Assembly: GCF_000016745.1 (NCBI RefSeq)
Contig: NC_009483.1
Coordinates: 2,280,001 to 2,312,000, forward strand
Direction of reading: 5' to 3'
Source of the DNA: Geotalea uraniireducens Rf4
Lineage (GTDB): Bacteria; Desulfobacterota; Desulfuromonadia; Geobacterales; Geobacteraceae
Length of the DNA: 32,000 nucleotides
The notes beneath the pieces were generated by a model, which saw only the letters and a list, made by a program, of their open reading frames with translations, had not been told where the DNA came from and ran no database searches. Shown here in pieces: positions 25,209 to 32,000 of the stretch. Every line of letters begins with the position of its first letter. The first letter of the stretch is position 1. The position numbers and the translations under genes were made by a program.

Positions 25209-25378
25209 AAAAGAATCATAACCGATGCTGCGTATATTAGATTGTTCCAATAAGTGTGTTAGACTTTTTTCACACTGCATCACGAAAGTTTTCAGCCGGT
25301 TTTCAGTTTATGCCGAGGCGGGTCGGTACAGCTCTACGCCTTCACATTGTCATTGGAGATACGAACGTGACTGCTGAA

Positions 25379-26791
25379 ATGAGGTTGCCACTGAAAAGCC
25401 TGCATGCAATTATTGTCGCTTTTGTCTTCATCTCAGGGTGCCAAACCCTCCCGTCTTATGTAAAACAACCCCTGGCAGAAAATGGTGAACTATATCTCTA
25501 TCTACAGCCGCTTCCACAGGAAGCGGATCGTCTTAGTTTCGCGCTGGCAGGGATTTCAGCGACAAATAAAGACGGAAGCGACTTCCCGCTGATGCTTGAG
25601 CTGAAAGATTTGCGAGGGAGTGATGCGCAGCGTCAACGATTTCTTGCCGTCGGCCGGTTGCCGGCTGGAGATTACACGGGCATCTCATTCAAGGTCAACA
25701 AGGCAACGTTGAAAACCGAGGATGGCGAAGCTTCTCTCGCGATCCCCGAGAGCGCGGTCAGAACCGATGTCTCCTTTACGGTGAACAAGAAGAAGGCTTT
25801 ACTTATAACCTTGACATTGAACTATAAAAATTCGCTCAGGGACGAAGTGAAATTCAGCCCTCTGTTTTCCACCAAAATCCCGGGCAAACCTGTGCCGGGT
25901 CTGGTGGGTTATGTCTCAAATTATGCCGATAATTCGCTTACCGTCGTTGACAAGCAATCCATGCTGGTGACCGGAATAATAGCGACGGGGCGCGGTCCGA
26001 AGGGAATGGCCTTTGACCAGCTGCGACGAAAGGCTTACGTGGCCATTTCCGAGGAAGATGCCATCGAGGTTGTCGATATCCCCACCGGCGAAGTTCTCAA
26101 CAGGATATCTCTCAACACCGGCGACAACCCGCAGGAACTTGCGCTATCCCCTGATGGAAGAACCCTGGTCTCAACCAATGCCGGAACGAACAGCGTAAGT
26201 ATTATCGATCCTGTTTCATTTTTTGAAACCGGCAGGGTCAATGTGGGAGACGGTCCGTCCTCCATTCTGATCGATCCCACCGGGAAAAGGGCATACGTCT
26301 TCAATACCCTTGCCAATACCATTTCCGTCATAGATCTCTCCAAACGGGCGATCGTTTCGACCATCGTCACCGAACCATGGCCTGTGAGAGGACAGTTCAA
26401 CAGAAGCGGGGATGCACTTTACGTAATTCAGAGACTGAGTTCTTACCTGACGGTCTTAAACCCCGCTTCACTCGTCGTTACGAAGCGCAAATATATTGGA
26501 ACGGGAGCCAATGCCGTCAAGGTTGACAGTAATACCGATCAAATCTACGTGGGGAAACAGTATGAACCCTGGCTGGCGGTTTACGACCCGTTTTCCTTTC
26601 TTCCCGGCGACTCGATCAAGGCAGGAAGCGACAACGCCTATCTGACCATCGATGGAGAAGGAAACAACCTCTGTGTGGTAGACGCCGGAAGAAAGTCCCT
26701 TTTGTTCATTAACCTTGTGAGCAGAAAAGTTGTCGGCGAGATCGATGTGGGAGAAGCCCCCTACTGGGTTTCATTGATGGGGGAGAGGTAA
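25379..26791 (+). CDS. Lipoprotein with N-terminal beta-sandwich (DUF4382-like) domain and YVTN-type beta-propeller
   Basis: MRLPLKSLHAIIVAFVFISGC carries a lipobox. Repeated YVTN/YncE-like blades are present (NSLTVVD, GPKGMAFD..KAYVA, AIEVVD, NPQELALSPDGRTLVSTN, NSVSIID, TISVIDL...). The start is ATG 25379 or GTG 25367; the ORF-track start at 25256 adds a non-signal extension. There is no CXXCH motif. Confidence 0.8.
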   Translation: MRLPLKSLHAIIVAFVFISGCQTLPSYVKQPLAENGELYLYLQPLPQEADRLSFALAGISATNKDGSDFPLMLELKDLRGSDAQRQRFLAVGRLPAGDYTGISFKVNKATLKTEDGEASLAIPESAVRTDVSFTVNKKKALLITLTLNYKNSLRDEVKFSPLFSTKIPGKPVPGLVGYVSNYADNSLTVVDKQSMLVTGIIATGRGPKGMAFDQLRRKAYVAISEEDAIEVVDIPTGEVLNRISLNTGDNPQELALSPDGRTLVSTNAGTNSVSIIDPVSFFETGRVNVGDGPSSILIDPTGKRAYVFNTLANTISVIDLSKRAIVSTIVTEPWPVRGQFNRSGDALYVIQRLSSYLTVLNPASLVVTKRKYIGTGANAVKVDSNTDQIYVGKQYEPWLAVYDPFSFLPGDSIKAGSDNAYLTIDGEGNNLCVVDAGRKSLLFINLVSRKVVGEIDVGEAPYWVSLMGER

Positions 26792-26798
26792 GTAGCTC

Positions 26799-29036
26799 GT
26801 GCATTACGCAAAAATCAGTTGTTCCCGTATTTCTCTTGTTCGGGTGTTGTTTTTGATGGTTTTGGTTATTGGATGTTTGCCGGGTAGTGCTGAAGCAGAT
26901 TCATTCAACGGCTTCTTTGAATGGAATTATACGAATGTTGATTCCACAACCAACAACAGTGCCAACGAAATGACAAAAAACAAATCCGACAATTTCAACC
27001 AGCGATACAGCCTCTCACTGGACAAGAGCCTGTTTCCCACGCTCCGTCTGGTAACAAGCGGCATCTTTGAAAAAGATATGAGCTGGATCACCACCAATGA
27101 CAGCAAGTCAGATACATCGGTGACGACTCTGCGTCCATCGGTCGATCTTACCCTCAATACCCTCCTCTATACTGCAGGAATCGGCTACAACCGGAGGGAT
27201 GAAACCTCGAAAACATCGGGCACACCCGATTCAACCGCGATCAACGAGGATTTTCACGCACTGTTCGGCTGGAGGCCGGTTGGTCTGCCCAAGGTAGACC
27301 TGCTGTTGACCAGGTCGAATACCTTCGACGCGAGTCGGCTTCTCCGCGACTCAACCAATGACAGGGTATTGCTCAGCATGAGATATTTGCCGCTCAAGTC
27401 GCTCGATCTCAAGTACCAGGGGGTCTATAGCGATGCAACGGACAGGCTGCAAGGGTTTGAGTCCCGGGAATTAACCAACAGCGGGCGGTTCACCTATTCT
27501 GACCAGTTTTTCAAACAGCGGCTGTTAGTGAATACCACGTATAATGTAACCCGGCAGGACACCAAGACCTTCACGACAGGCGCCGGCGAAATTCCTATCC
27601 AGCTCTTTCCGTTCAACGGCTTGTATGCTCCGAGCGATACCCCGGCAGTGGCGGCGCTCGCTTCATTCCCAGCCCTGATAAACGGTGATGCTGCCACATC
27701 GGCCGGCATCGATTCGCTTGGGGTTCCGACACCGGGCAACGGTGAAACCAGACCGAGAAACATTGGTGTTGATTTTGTTAACCCTACAGAGGTCAATACC
27801 CTCTTCGTCTTTGTTGATCGTGATCTTCCCCCGGGTATCGCCAACTTTTTTTCCTGGGATGTCTATACGACTTCAGAAGACCCCGGATCGGGAAATCCTG
27901 AATGGACCTTGGTGAAAACCATTGCGGCTGCACCTTTTACCCCGTTTCTCAACAGTTTTCGCTTTCAGATCGACTTTCCAAACGTGACTGCCCGGGCTGT
28001 GAAAGTTGTCGTCACACCCCTGACGCCGGTTGCCGCTGCACTTACGCCGACCTTTCAGAATCCCGACAGGATATTCGTTACGGAGGTTCAGGCTTATATC
28101 AGAAAATCGGCAAATGAGGTGAAAGGGGATGCCGGCAGAACTTCGCACATTTACAACATGGACGTAAAAGCAAGATTGCTTGATGTCCTCGCGCTCTATT
28201 ACGACGGGTCGTTTTTTTTCACCCGCACGTCTCCATCTTCCACAACGCGCTACACCCTCTCGAACGGTCTTCACCTGGATCATACCTTCAACGACATGAT
28301 ATCGGGGAGCAGCCGCGTGGCACGGGAAGACGACGAAGAGCCGGACGGCCACAGGGTGTCGTACCTGTACAGCGCTTCCCTGAAAGCGGTTCCTGTAAAA
28401 ACATTGAGTCATACCCTGATTTACAGCGGCCGTAACGAGGCGATCAGCGGAAAAACAAAAAACACCAACTCCCTCACCCTTTACAATTATGCCGAATTGT
28501 ACAAGGGGCTCAACCTCAACCTATCCGGCGGGGCAACCTTCGTTACCACCGAAACGGGAGTGAAAGAGGAAAACTACAACGTTGTCTTCGGCGCCAACAT
28601 TGTCCCCAACAAGACCTTGAGCATGAACGTCAACTATACGTTCAACAAAACCAACACCACCGGCGGGTTAACGAGTCAAGCTACCGGTTTGTTTCAGCAG
28701 CGGGCGGAACTCAACGCAACGTTCAGACCGTTCGCCACCCTCTACCTGTTCGCTTCTTTGGGGATGGTGGACCAGGACAGTAAAACCGATACCCTGATGA
28801 ATTACGGCGCCAACTGGTCTCCGTTCCCGGACGGCACCATTCAGTTCAATTTCTCATACAATGAGAGCCTGAGAACCCAGGATAACTCGAAGATACGACT
28901 GATTACACCCAGCCTTTCCTGGAAGGTGACAAGCTATAGCCTGCTTGATGTTGCTTACGCGTTTACGACCTCTGATTCAATCACTCAAACGGTTGATTCA
29001 AAGATATTCAACGTGAATTACAAAATATTCTTTTAG
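26799..29036 (+). CDS. Predicted outer-membrane beta-barrel protein with central discoidin/galactose-binding-like insert
   Basis: GTG start with GGGGGAGAGG upstream, and a signal peptide ending AEA. The N- and C-terminal thirds show alternating-hydrophobicity strands rich in Y/N/T/S, and the protein ends ...VNYKIFF (aromatic terminus typical of OMPs). The middle (about aa 285-435) reads like an F5/8-type-C jelly roll (NIGVDF..PTEVNTLFVFV....FSWDVYTSEDPG..W......F.IDFP.VTARAVKVVV...IFVTEVQAY). Confidence 0.7.
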   Translation: MHYAKISCSRISLVRVLFLMVLVIGCLPGSAEADSFNGFFEWNYTNVDSTTNNSANEMTKNKSDNFNQRYSLSLDKSLFPTLRLVTSGIFEKDMSWITTNDSKSDTSVTTLRPSVDLTLNTLLYTAGIGYNRRDETSKTSGTPDSTAINEDFHALFGWRPVGLPKVDLLLTRSNTFDASRLLRDSTNDRVLLSMRYLPLKSLDLKYQGVYSDATDRLQGFESRELTNSGRFTYSDQFFKQRLLVNTTYNVTRQDTKTFTTGAGEIPIQLFPFNGLYAPSDTPAVAALASFPALINGDAATSAGIDSLGVPTPGNGETRPRNIGVDFVNPTEVNTLFVFVDRDLPPGIANFFSWDVYTTSEDPGSGNPEWTLVKTIAAAPFTPFLNSFRFQIDFPNVTARAVKVVVTPLTPVAAALTPTFQNPDRIFVTEVQAYIRKSANEVKGDAGRTSHIYNMDVKARLLDVLALYYDGSFFFTRTSPSSTTRYTLSNGLHLDHTFNDMISGSSRVAREDDEEPDGHRVSYLYSASLKAVPVKTLSHTLIYSGRNEAISGKTKNTNSLTLYNYAELYKGLNLNLSGGATFVTTETGVKEENYNVVFGANIVPNKTLSMNVNYTFNKTNTTGGLTSQATGLFQQRAELNATFRPFATLYLFASLGMVDQDSKTDTLMNYGANWSPFPDGTIQFNFSYNESLRTQDNSKIRLITPSLSWKVTSYSLLDVAYAFTTSDSITQTVDSKIFNVNYKIFF

Positions 29037-29067
29037 TCTTACTGAGAATCGAGGTCAGACATAAATC

Positions 29068-29658
29068 ATGAAGCGCTTAAGGTGTGAAATGAAACGTATT
29101 GTCAGTACAGTCGTCCTTGCCGTTATTTATGTTGCGACAATCGGCTGCGCAACTCCTGCCGAGATTTTCCGCGACCCGAACATGGATTTCGGATCGATCC
29201 GCTCCGTTGCCGTGTTGCCGTTCGCAAACCTTACCCGCGACAATCAGGCTGCCGACAGGGTACGGGATGTTTTTTCCCATATGCTGCTGGCAACCGGGGC
29301 CATTTACGTGGTACCTGCCGGCGAAGTCGTCCGTGGCATCTCCCGGGTGGGCATTGCCAATCCTGCAGCACCGTCTCCGGAGGATATCACGAAGCTGGCC
29401 GGCATCATCAAGGTGGATGCGGTTGTTACCGGGGTTGTCAGGGAATACGGAGAGGTCAGGTCGGGAAGCTCTGGTGCGAATATCATCTCCCTGAGCCTCC
29501 AGATGATCGAAACCCAGACAGGGCGAATAGTCTGGACAGCCTCTGCTACGAAAGGCGGTATCGGCATGTCGGAGCGACTTTTGGGCGGCGGCGGCGAACC
29601 AATGAACAAGATTACCGAACAGGCAGTAAATGAACTTATCGATAAGCTTTTTCAATAG
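29068..29658 (+). CDS. Lipoprotein, GNA1162/DUF799/LpoB-like single module
   Basis: Lipobox VATIGC. The pattern IRSVAVLPFANLT....A..V......L...G.YVVP ... KVDAVVTGVVREYG ... LQMIETQTGRIVW is typical of that fold family. An alternative start is ATG 29089. Confidence 0.7.
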   Translation: MKRLRCEMKRIVSTVVLAVIYVATIGCATPAEIFRDPNMDFGSIRSVAVLPFANLTRDNQAADRVRDVFSHMLLATGAIYVVPAGEVVRGISRVGIANPAAPSPEDITKLAGIIKVDAVVTGVVREYGEVRSGSSGANIISLSLQMIETQTGRIVWTASATKGGIGMSERLLGGGGEPMNKITEQAVNELIDKLFQ

Positions 29659-30754
29659 AACGATCCTGTTGTTTGCGGTCATCTGCTTTCTTGCCGGGTG
29701 TGCACGGACAACGGCAGCATTGCGGGCCGAGGAGCAGCCTGGCAAGGGGAACCGCTGCATTGCCGTACTGCCCGTGGAAAACCTGAGCGGTACGGCAGTT
29801 CCCCTGAAAAGCATCCGCCAGTCGCTGGTGGAGAAAATGGGTAAGCTGGGGATGTGCACCCTTGACGAAAAAACAGTCGACGATTTTATGGCCCATCACC
29901 GCATGCGCTACACAGGGGGCATTGACAAGGAATTATCCCGGGCATTCAAGACCGAAACCGGGGCAGCAGCCGTGCTCATCACTTCGCTGGAACTGTACAG
30001 CGACGTAAATCCGCCCAAGGTGGCATTGGCATGCCGTCTGGTCTCAACGGGAGAAAATCCGGTTATTCTCGGGATCGATTCTGTTGCCTTGTCCGGTGAC
30101 GACTCACCCGGCTTGCTCGGGCTCGGCCTGATAGAAAAACCGGGCGAGCTTATGGATAATGCCCTTAATCGCATCTCGGCATCCCTTTATCGTCAATTTG
30201 AAGGGGTAAACGACATGAACGTCAGCCAACCGTGGATGAAAAAATTCAAGCCCAGGATATCTTACCGTTCGCCGAGCCTGGATATGGAACAGAAGCATAC
30301 CATTGCGGTCATTCCGTTCCTTAATAAGAGTGGCCGCAAGAATGCCGGAGAGATTTTGGCGCTCCAGTTTGTCGAACAACTGGCAAAGATGAAAAAATTC
30401 AACGTAATCGAACCGGGTATCGTTCGCCAGGAATTCCTGAAATTCAGGATCATCATGGAAGGGGGGGTCTCCCTTGCCAATGCCGATGTCATTTTCACCG
30501 ACCTGGATGCCGACCTGATCTTCACCGGGGAGGTAATGGATTATCAGGACTATCAAGGCGCCATGGGCACCCCCACGGTCGGTTTTTCAATTATCGTGCT
30601 GGACAGAAAAAGCCGGGAAGTTGTCTGGGCCTCTGAAAGTTACAACGATGGTGATGACAGGGTCTACTTTTTCGATGTGGGAAAAGTAAAGACCGCCGAA
30701 GCAATGGCCTCTCAAATGACCCATGCGGTGGTGGATATGATGACGATAAAATAA
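29630..30754 (+). CDS. Lipoprotein with two tandem GNA1162/DUF799/LpoB-like modules
   Basis: Lipobox FLAGC. Module 1 starts CIAVLPVENLSG and module 2 starts TIAVIPFLNKSG, each followed by the ...DL(I/V)FTG.V/LITSLELY... and ...VVW motifs. It overlaps the preceding gene by 29 nt. Confidence 0.7.
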   Translation: MNLSISFFNRTILLFAVICFLAGCARTTAALRAEEQPGKGNRCIAVLPVENLSGTAVPLKSIRQSLVEKMGKLGMCTLDEKTVDDFMAHHRMRYTGGIDKELSRAFKTETGAAAVLITSLELYSDVNPPKVALACRLVSTGENPVILGIDSVALSGDDSPGLLGLGLIEKPGELMDNALNRISASLYRQFEGVNDMNVSQPWMKKFKPRISYRSPSLDMEQKHTIAVIPFLNKSGRKNAGEILALQFVEQLAKMKKFNVIEPGIVRQEFLKFRIIMEGGVSLANADVIFTDLDADLIFTGEVMDYQDYQGAMGTPTVGFSIIVLDRKSREVVWASESYNDGDDRVYFFDVGKVKTAEAMASQMTHAVVDMMTIK

Positions 30755-30814
30755 GATGTGGTTCAACGGGCAGGGCGTTATGCAGACAAACTGGAAATAA
30801 TAAAAGGGAGCACT

Positions 30815-32000
30815 ATGAAACGGATTGCCAGGGTATCAGAAATTTGTTTGATCAGCTTGTTGCTTACCGGAACTGTCGGTTTCGCAGCCGACCAGAAGGA
30901 GTTGCCTGCAATTGTCAAAGAGGACGTGAAAGAGGGTGCTGTCCCGGTTGCAGAGACACAAATTACCTTGAAGGTGCCTCTTTTTTCGCCGCTTTTTGCC
31001 TCTTTTCCCGTGGCAACGGTAGGTGACGAGCAGGTAACACTCGATGAGCTCAATAAATCCCTTGCAGCGCTCCATGAAAGGGCGGGTGAGGATAAAACTG
31101 CCGGCAGGAAAAAGTACGTCACGGTCCTCAATCGGCTCATCAACAGCAGACTGATCGTCCAGGAAGCAGAGAGCATGGGGCTTGAAGAGTTGCCGGAAGT
31201 GAAGCAGAAGCTGGACGATTTCCCCAGGATGGCCTTGAAGGAAGAGTTGAAAGACCTGCAGATAAAGAGTCTGCAACCCGATGCAACTGAAGTGGAGAAA
31301 TACTACAAGGAAGCGGTCAAGGAATGGAAGATAAAATCGGTAAAATTCGAGAAAGAGGATGATGCGAAAGAGCTGGCGCGGACAGTTCAAGCCGGCGGCA
31401 ATTTCGATGAACTGGTCAATACGCTTATTGACAGCGGTAAGGCTACGGGAACCAAGGAGGGGGAGTACGTAAAGGCCAGGGATCTTCTTCCCCAGGTGGC
31501 GAACGTCGTAGCAGGAATGCGGGCCGGTTCGGTGAGCCCGGTTATCCAGGTAGGGCCGTCTTATGCGATCTTCAAGCTTGAAGACGTGCGCTATCCTGCC
31601 GGCAATGCCGAGGCGCAGGACGCGGCACGGGAGCAGGCACTCGCCATGAAGCAGATCGAGGCTCTTGCTGCGTACAACAAGTCGCTGACCAAAAAATATG
31701 CAAAAATCAATCAGAAACTTCTGGATAAACTGGATTTCGAGGCTGCAAAACCGGGATTCGCTCAACTCTTAAAGGACAGAAGGGTTGTCGTGGAGATCAA
31801 GGGGGACAAGCCGATAACGGTTGCCGATATGGCGGAATCCCTCAGCCAGAAGTTCTTCCACGGTATTGATGAGGCGATCAAGGGGAAGAGAATTAACGAG
31901 CAGAAGATGTCTGCCCTTTATGACATATTTTATGCCAGGCTGTATCTCAAGGAAGCGAAAAAACTGGGAATTGACAAGACCGGGCATTACAAAGACAGGA
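30815..32000 (+). CDS. SurA/PpiD-like periplasmic chaperone with parvulin-type PPIase-like domain (3' end outside window)
   Basis: This gene is not in the ORF track because it has no stop in the window. I translated it by hand from ATG 30815 (AAAAGGGAG upstream): MKRIARVSEICLISLLLTGTVGFAADQKE...VTLDELNKSLAALHE...LINSRLIVQEAESMGL...WKIKSVKFEKEDDAKELARTVQAGGNFDELV...GSVSPVIQVGPSYAIFKLEDV... It is open for 395 codons to position 32000. Confidence 0.8.
   Translation, partial: MKRIARVSEICLISLLLTGTVGFAADQKELPAIVKEDVKEGAVPVAETQITLKVPLFSPLFASFPVATVGDEQVTLDELNKSLAALHERAGEDKTAGRKKYVTVLNRLINSRLIVQEAESMGLEELPEVKQKLDDFPRMALKEELKDLQIKSLQPDATEVEKYYKEAVKEWKIKSVKFEKEDDAKELARTVQAGGNFDELVNTLIDSGKATGTKEGEYVKARDLLPQVANVVAGMRAGSVSPVIQVGPSYAIFKLEDVRYPAGNAEAQDAAREQALAMKQIEALAAYNKSLTKKYAKINQKLLDKLDFEAAKPGFAQLLKDRRVVVEIKGDKPITVADMAESLSQKFFHGIDEAIKGKRINEQKMSALYDIFYARLYLKEAKKLGIDKTGHYKDR

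Noticed and set aside
25253-25276. CRP/FNR-type site (TGTG...CACA)
   Set aside because: The half-sites are separated by about 10-12 nt instead of the 6 nt required by the TGTGA-N6-TCACA consensus. It is kept only as an unexplained inverted repeat.
25256-25378. N-terminal extension of the propeller lipoprotein suggested by the ORF track (start at 25256)
   Set aside because: The extension has no RBS and is not signal-like. It would also bury the lipoprotein signal peptide that begins at MRLPLKSL (25379).
29077-29859. 260-aa minus-strand ORF
   Set aside because: It is antisense to the two lipoprotein genes, which have lipoboxes and repeated module motifs.
30836-31765. 309-aa minus-strand ORF (and 30778..31176, 31769..31987)
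   Set aside because: It is antisense to the hand-translated SurA-like plus-strand gene, which has an RBS, a signal peptide and parvulin-like motifs. The minus-strand translations are low complexity.

Overview
The window looks like a chromosomal segment from a Geobacter-like (Desulfuromonadota) genome. That assignment is an inference from gene content, an OmcS-type cytochrome and typical GC-rich hairpin repeats.

First half, about 0.2-15.5 kb, mostly housekeeping or accessory genes:
- a Cys-based phosphatase plus a CheY-like receiver
- a MazEF-type toxin-antitoxin pair
- an ADP-ribosylglycohydrolase and a GNAT acetyltransferase
- an RhlE-like DEAD-box helicase, a small membrane protein and an M28 peptidase
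- Lnt, a BON-domain protein and SbcD/SbcC

Middle, 15.5-20.3 kb, visibly AT-richer and accessory-like:
- a methyltransferase translationally coupled to sbcC
- a DUF4124/retropepsin-like protease
- a Spy/CpxP-like periplasmic protein
- a Sel1-repeat protein with about 13 repeats
- several MITE-like palindromic repeats

Last third, 20.3-32 kb, the standout. A CusRS-like two-component system is followed by a co-directional cluster:
- an NHL propeller protein
- a secreted hexaheme cytochrome that I recognise as an OmcS (nanowire subunit) homolog
- a terminator-like hairpin
- a YVTN beta-propeller lipoprotein
- a 745-aa predicted outer-membrane beta-barrel with a discoidin-like insert
- two lipoproteins carrying three GNA1162/DUF799/LpoB-like modules
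- a SurA/parvulin-like chaperone gene that runs off the window end and is missing from the ORF track

I read this cluster as a dedicated secretion and assembly system for a cytochrome filament.

I saw no rRNA, tRNA or CRISPR array. All calls come from reading the sequence and translations by eye. No searches or computations were run.
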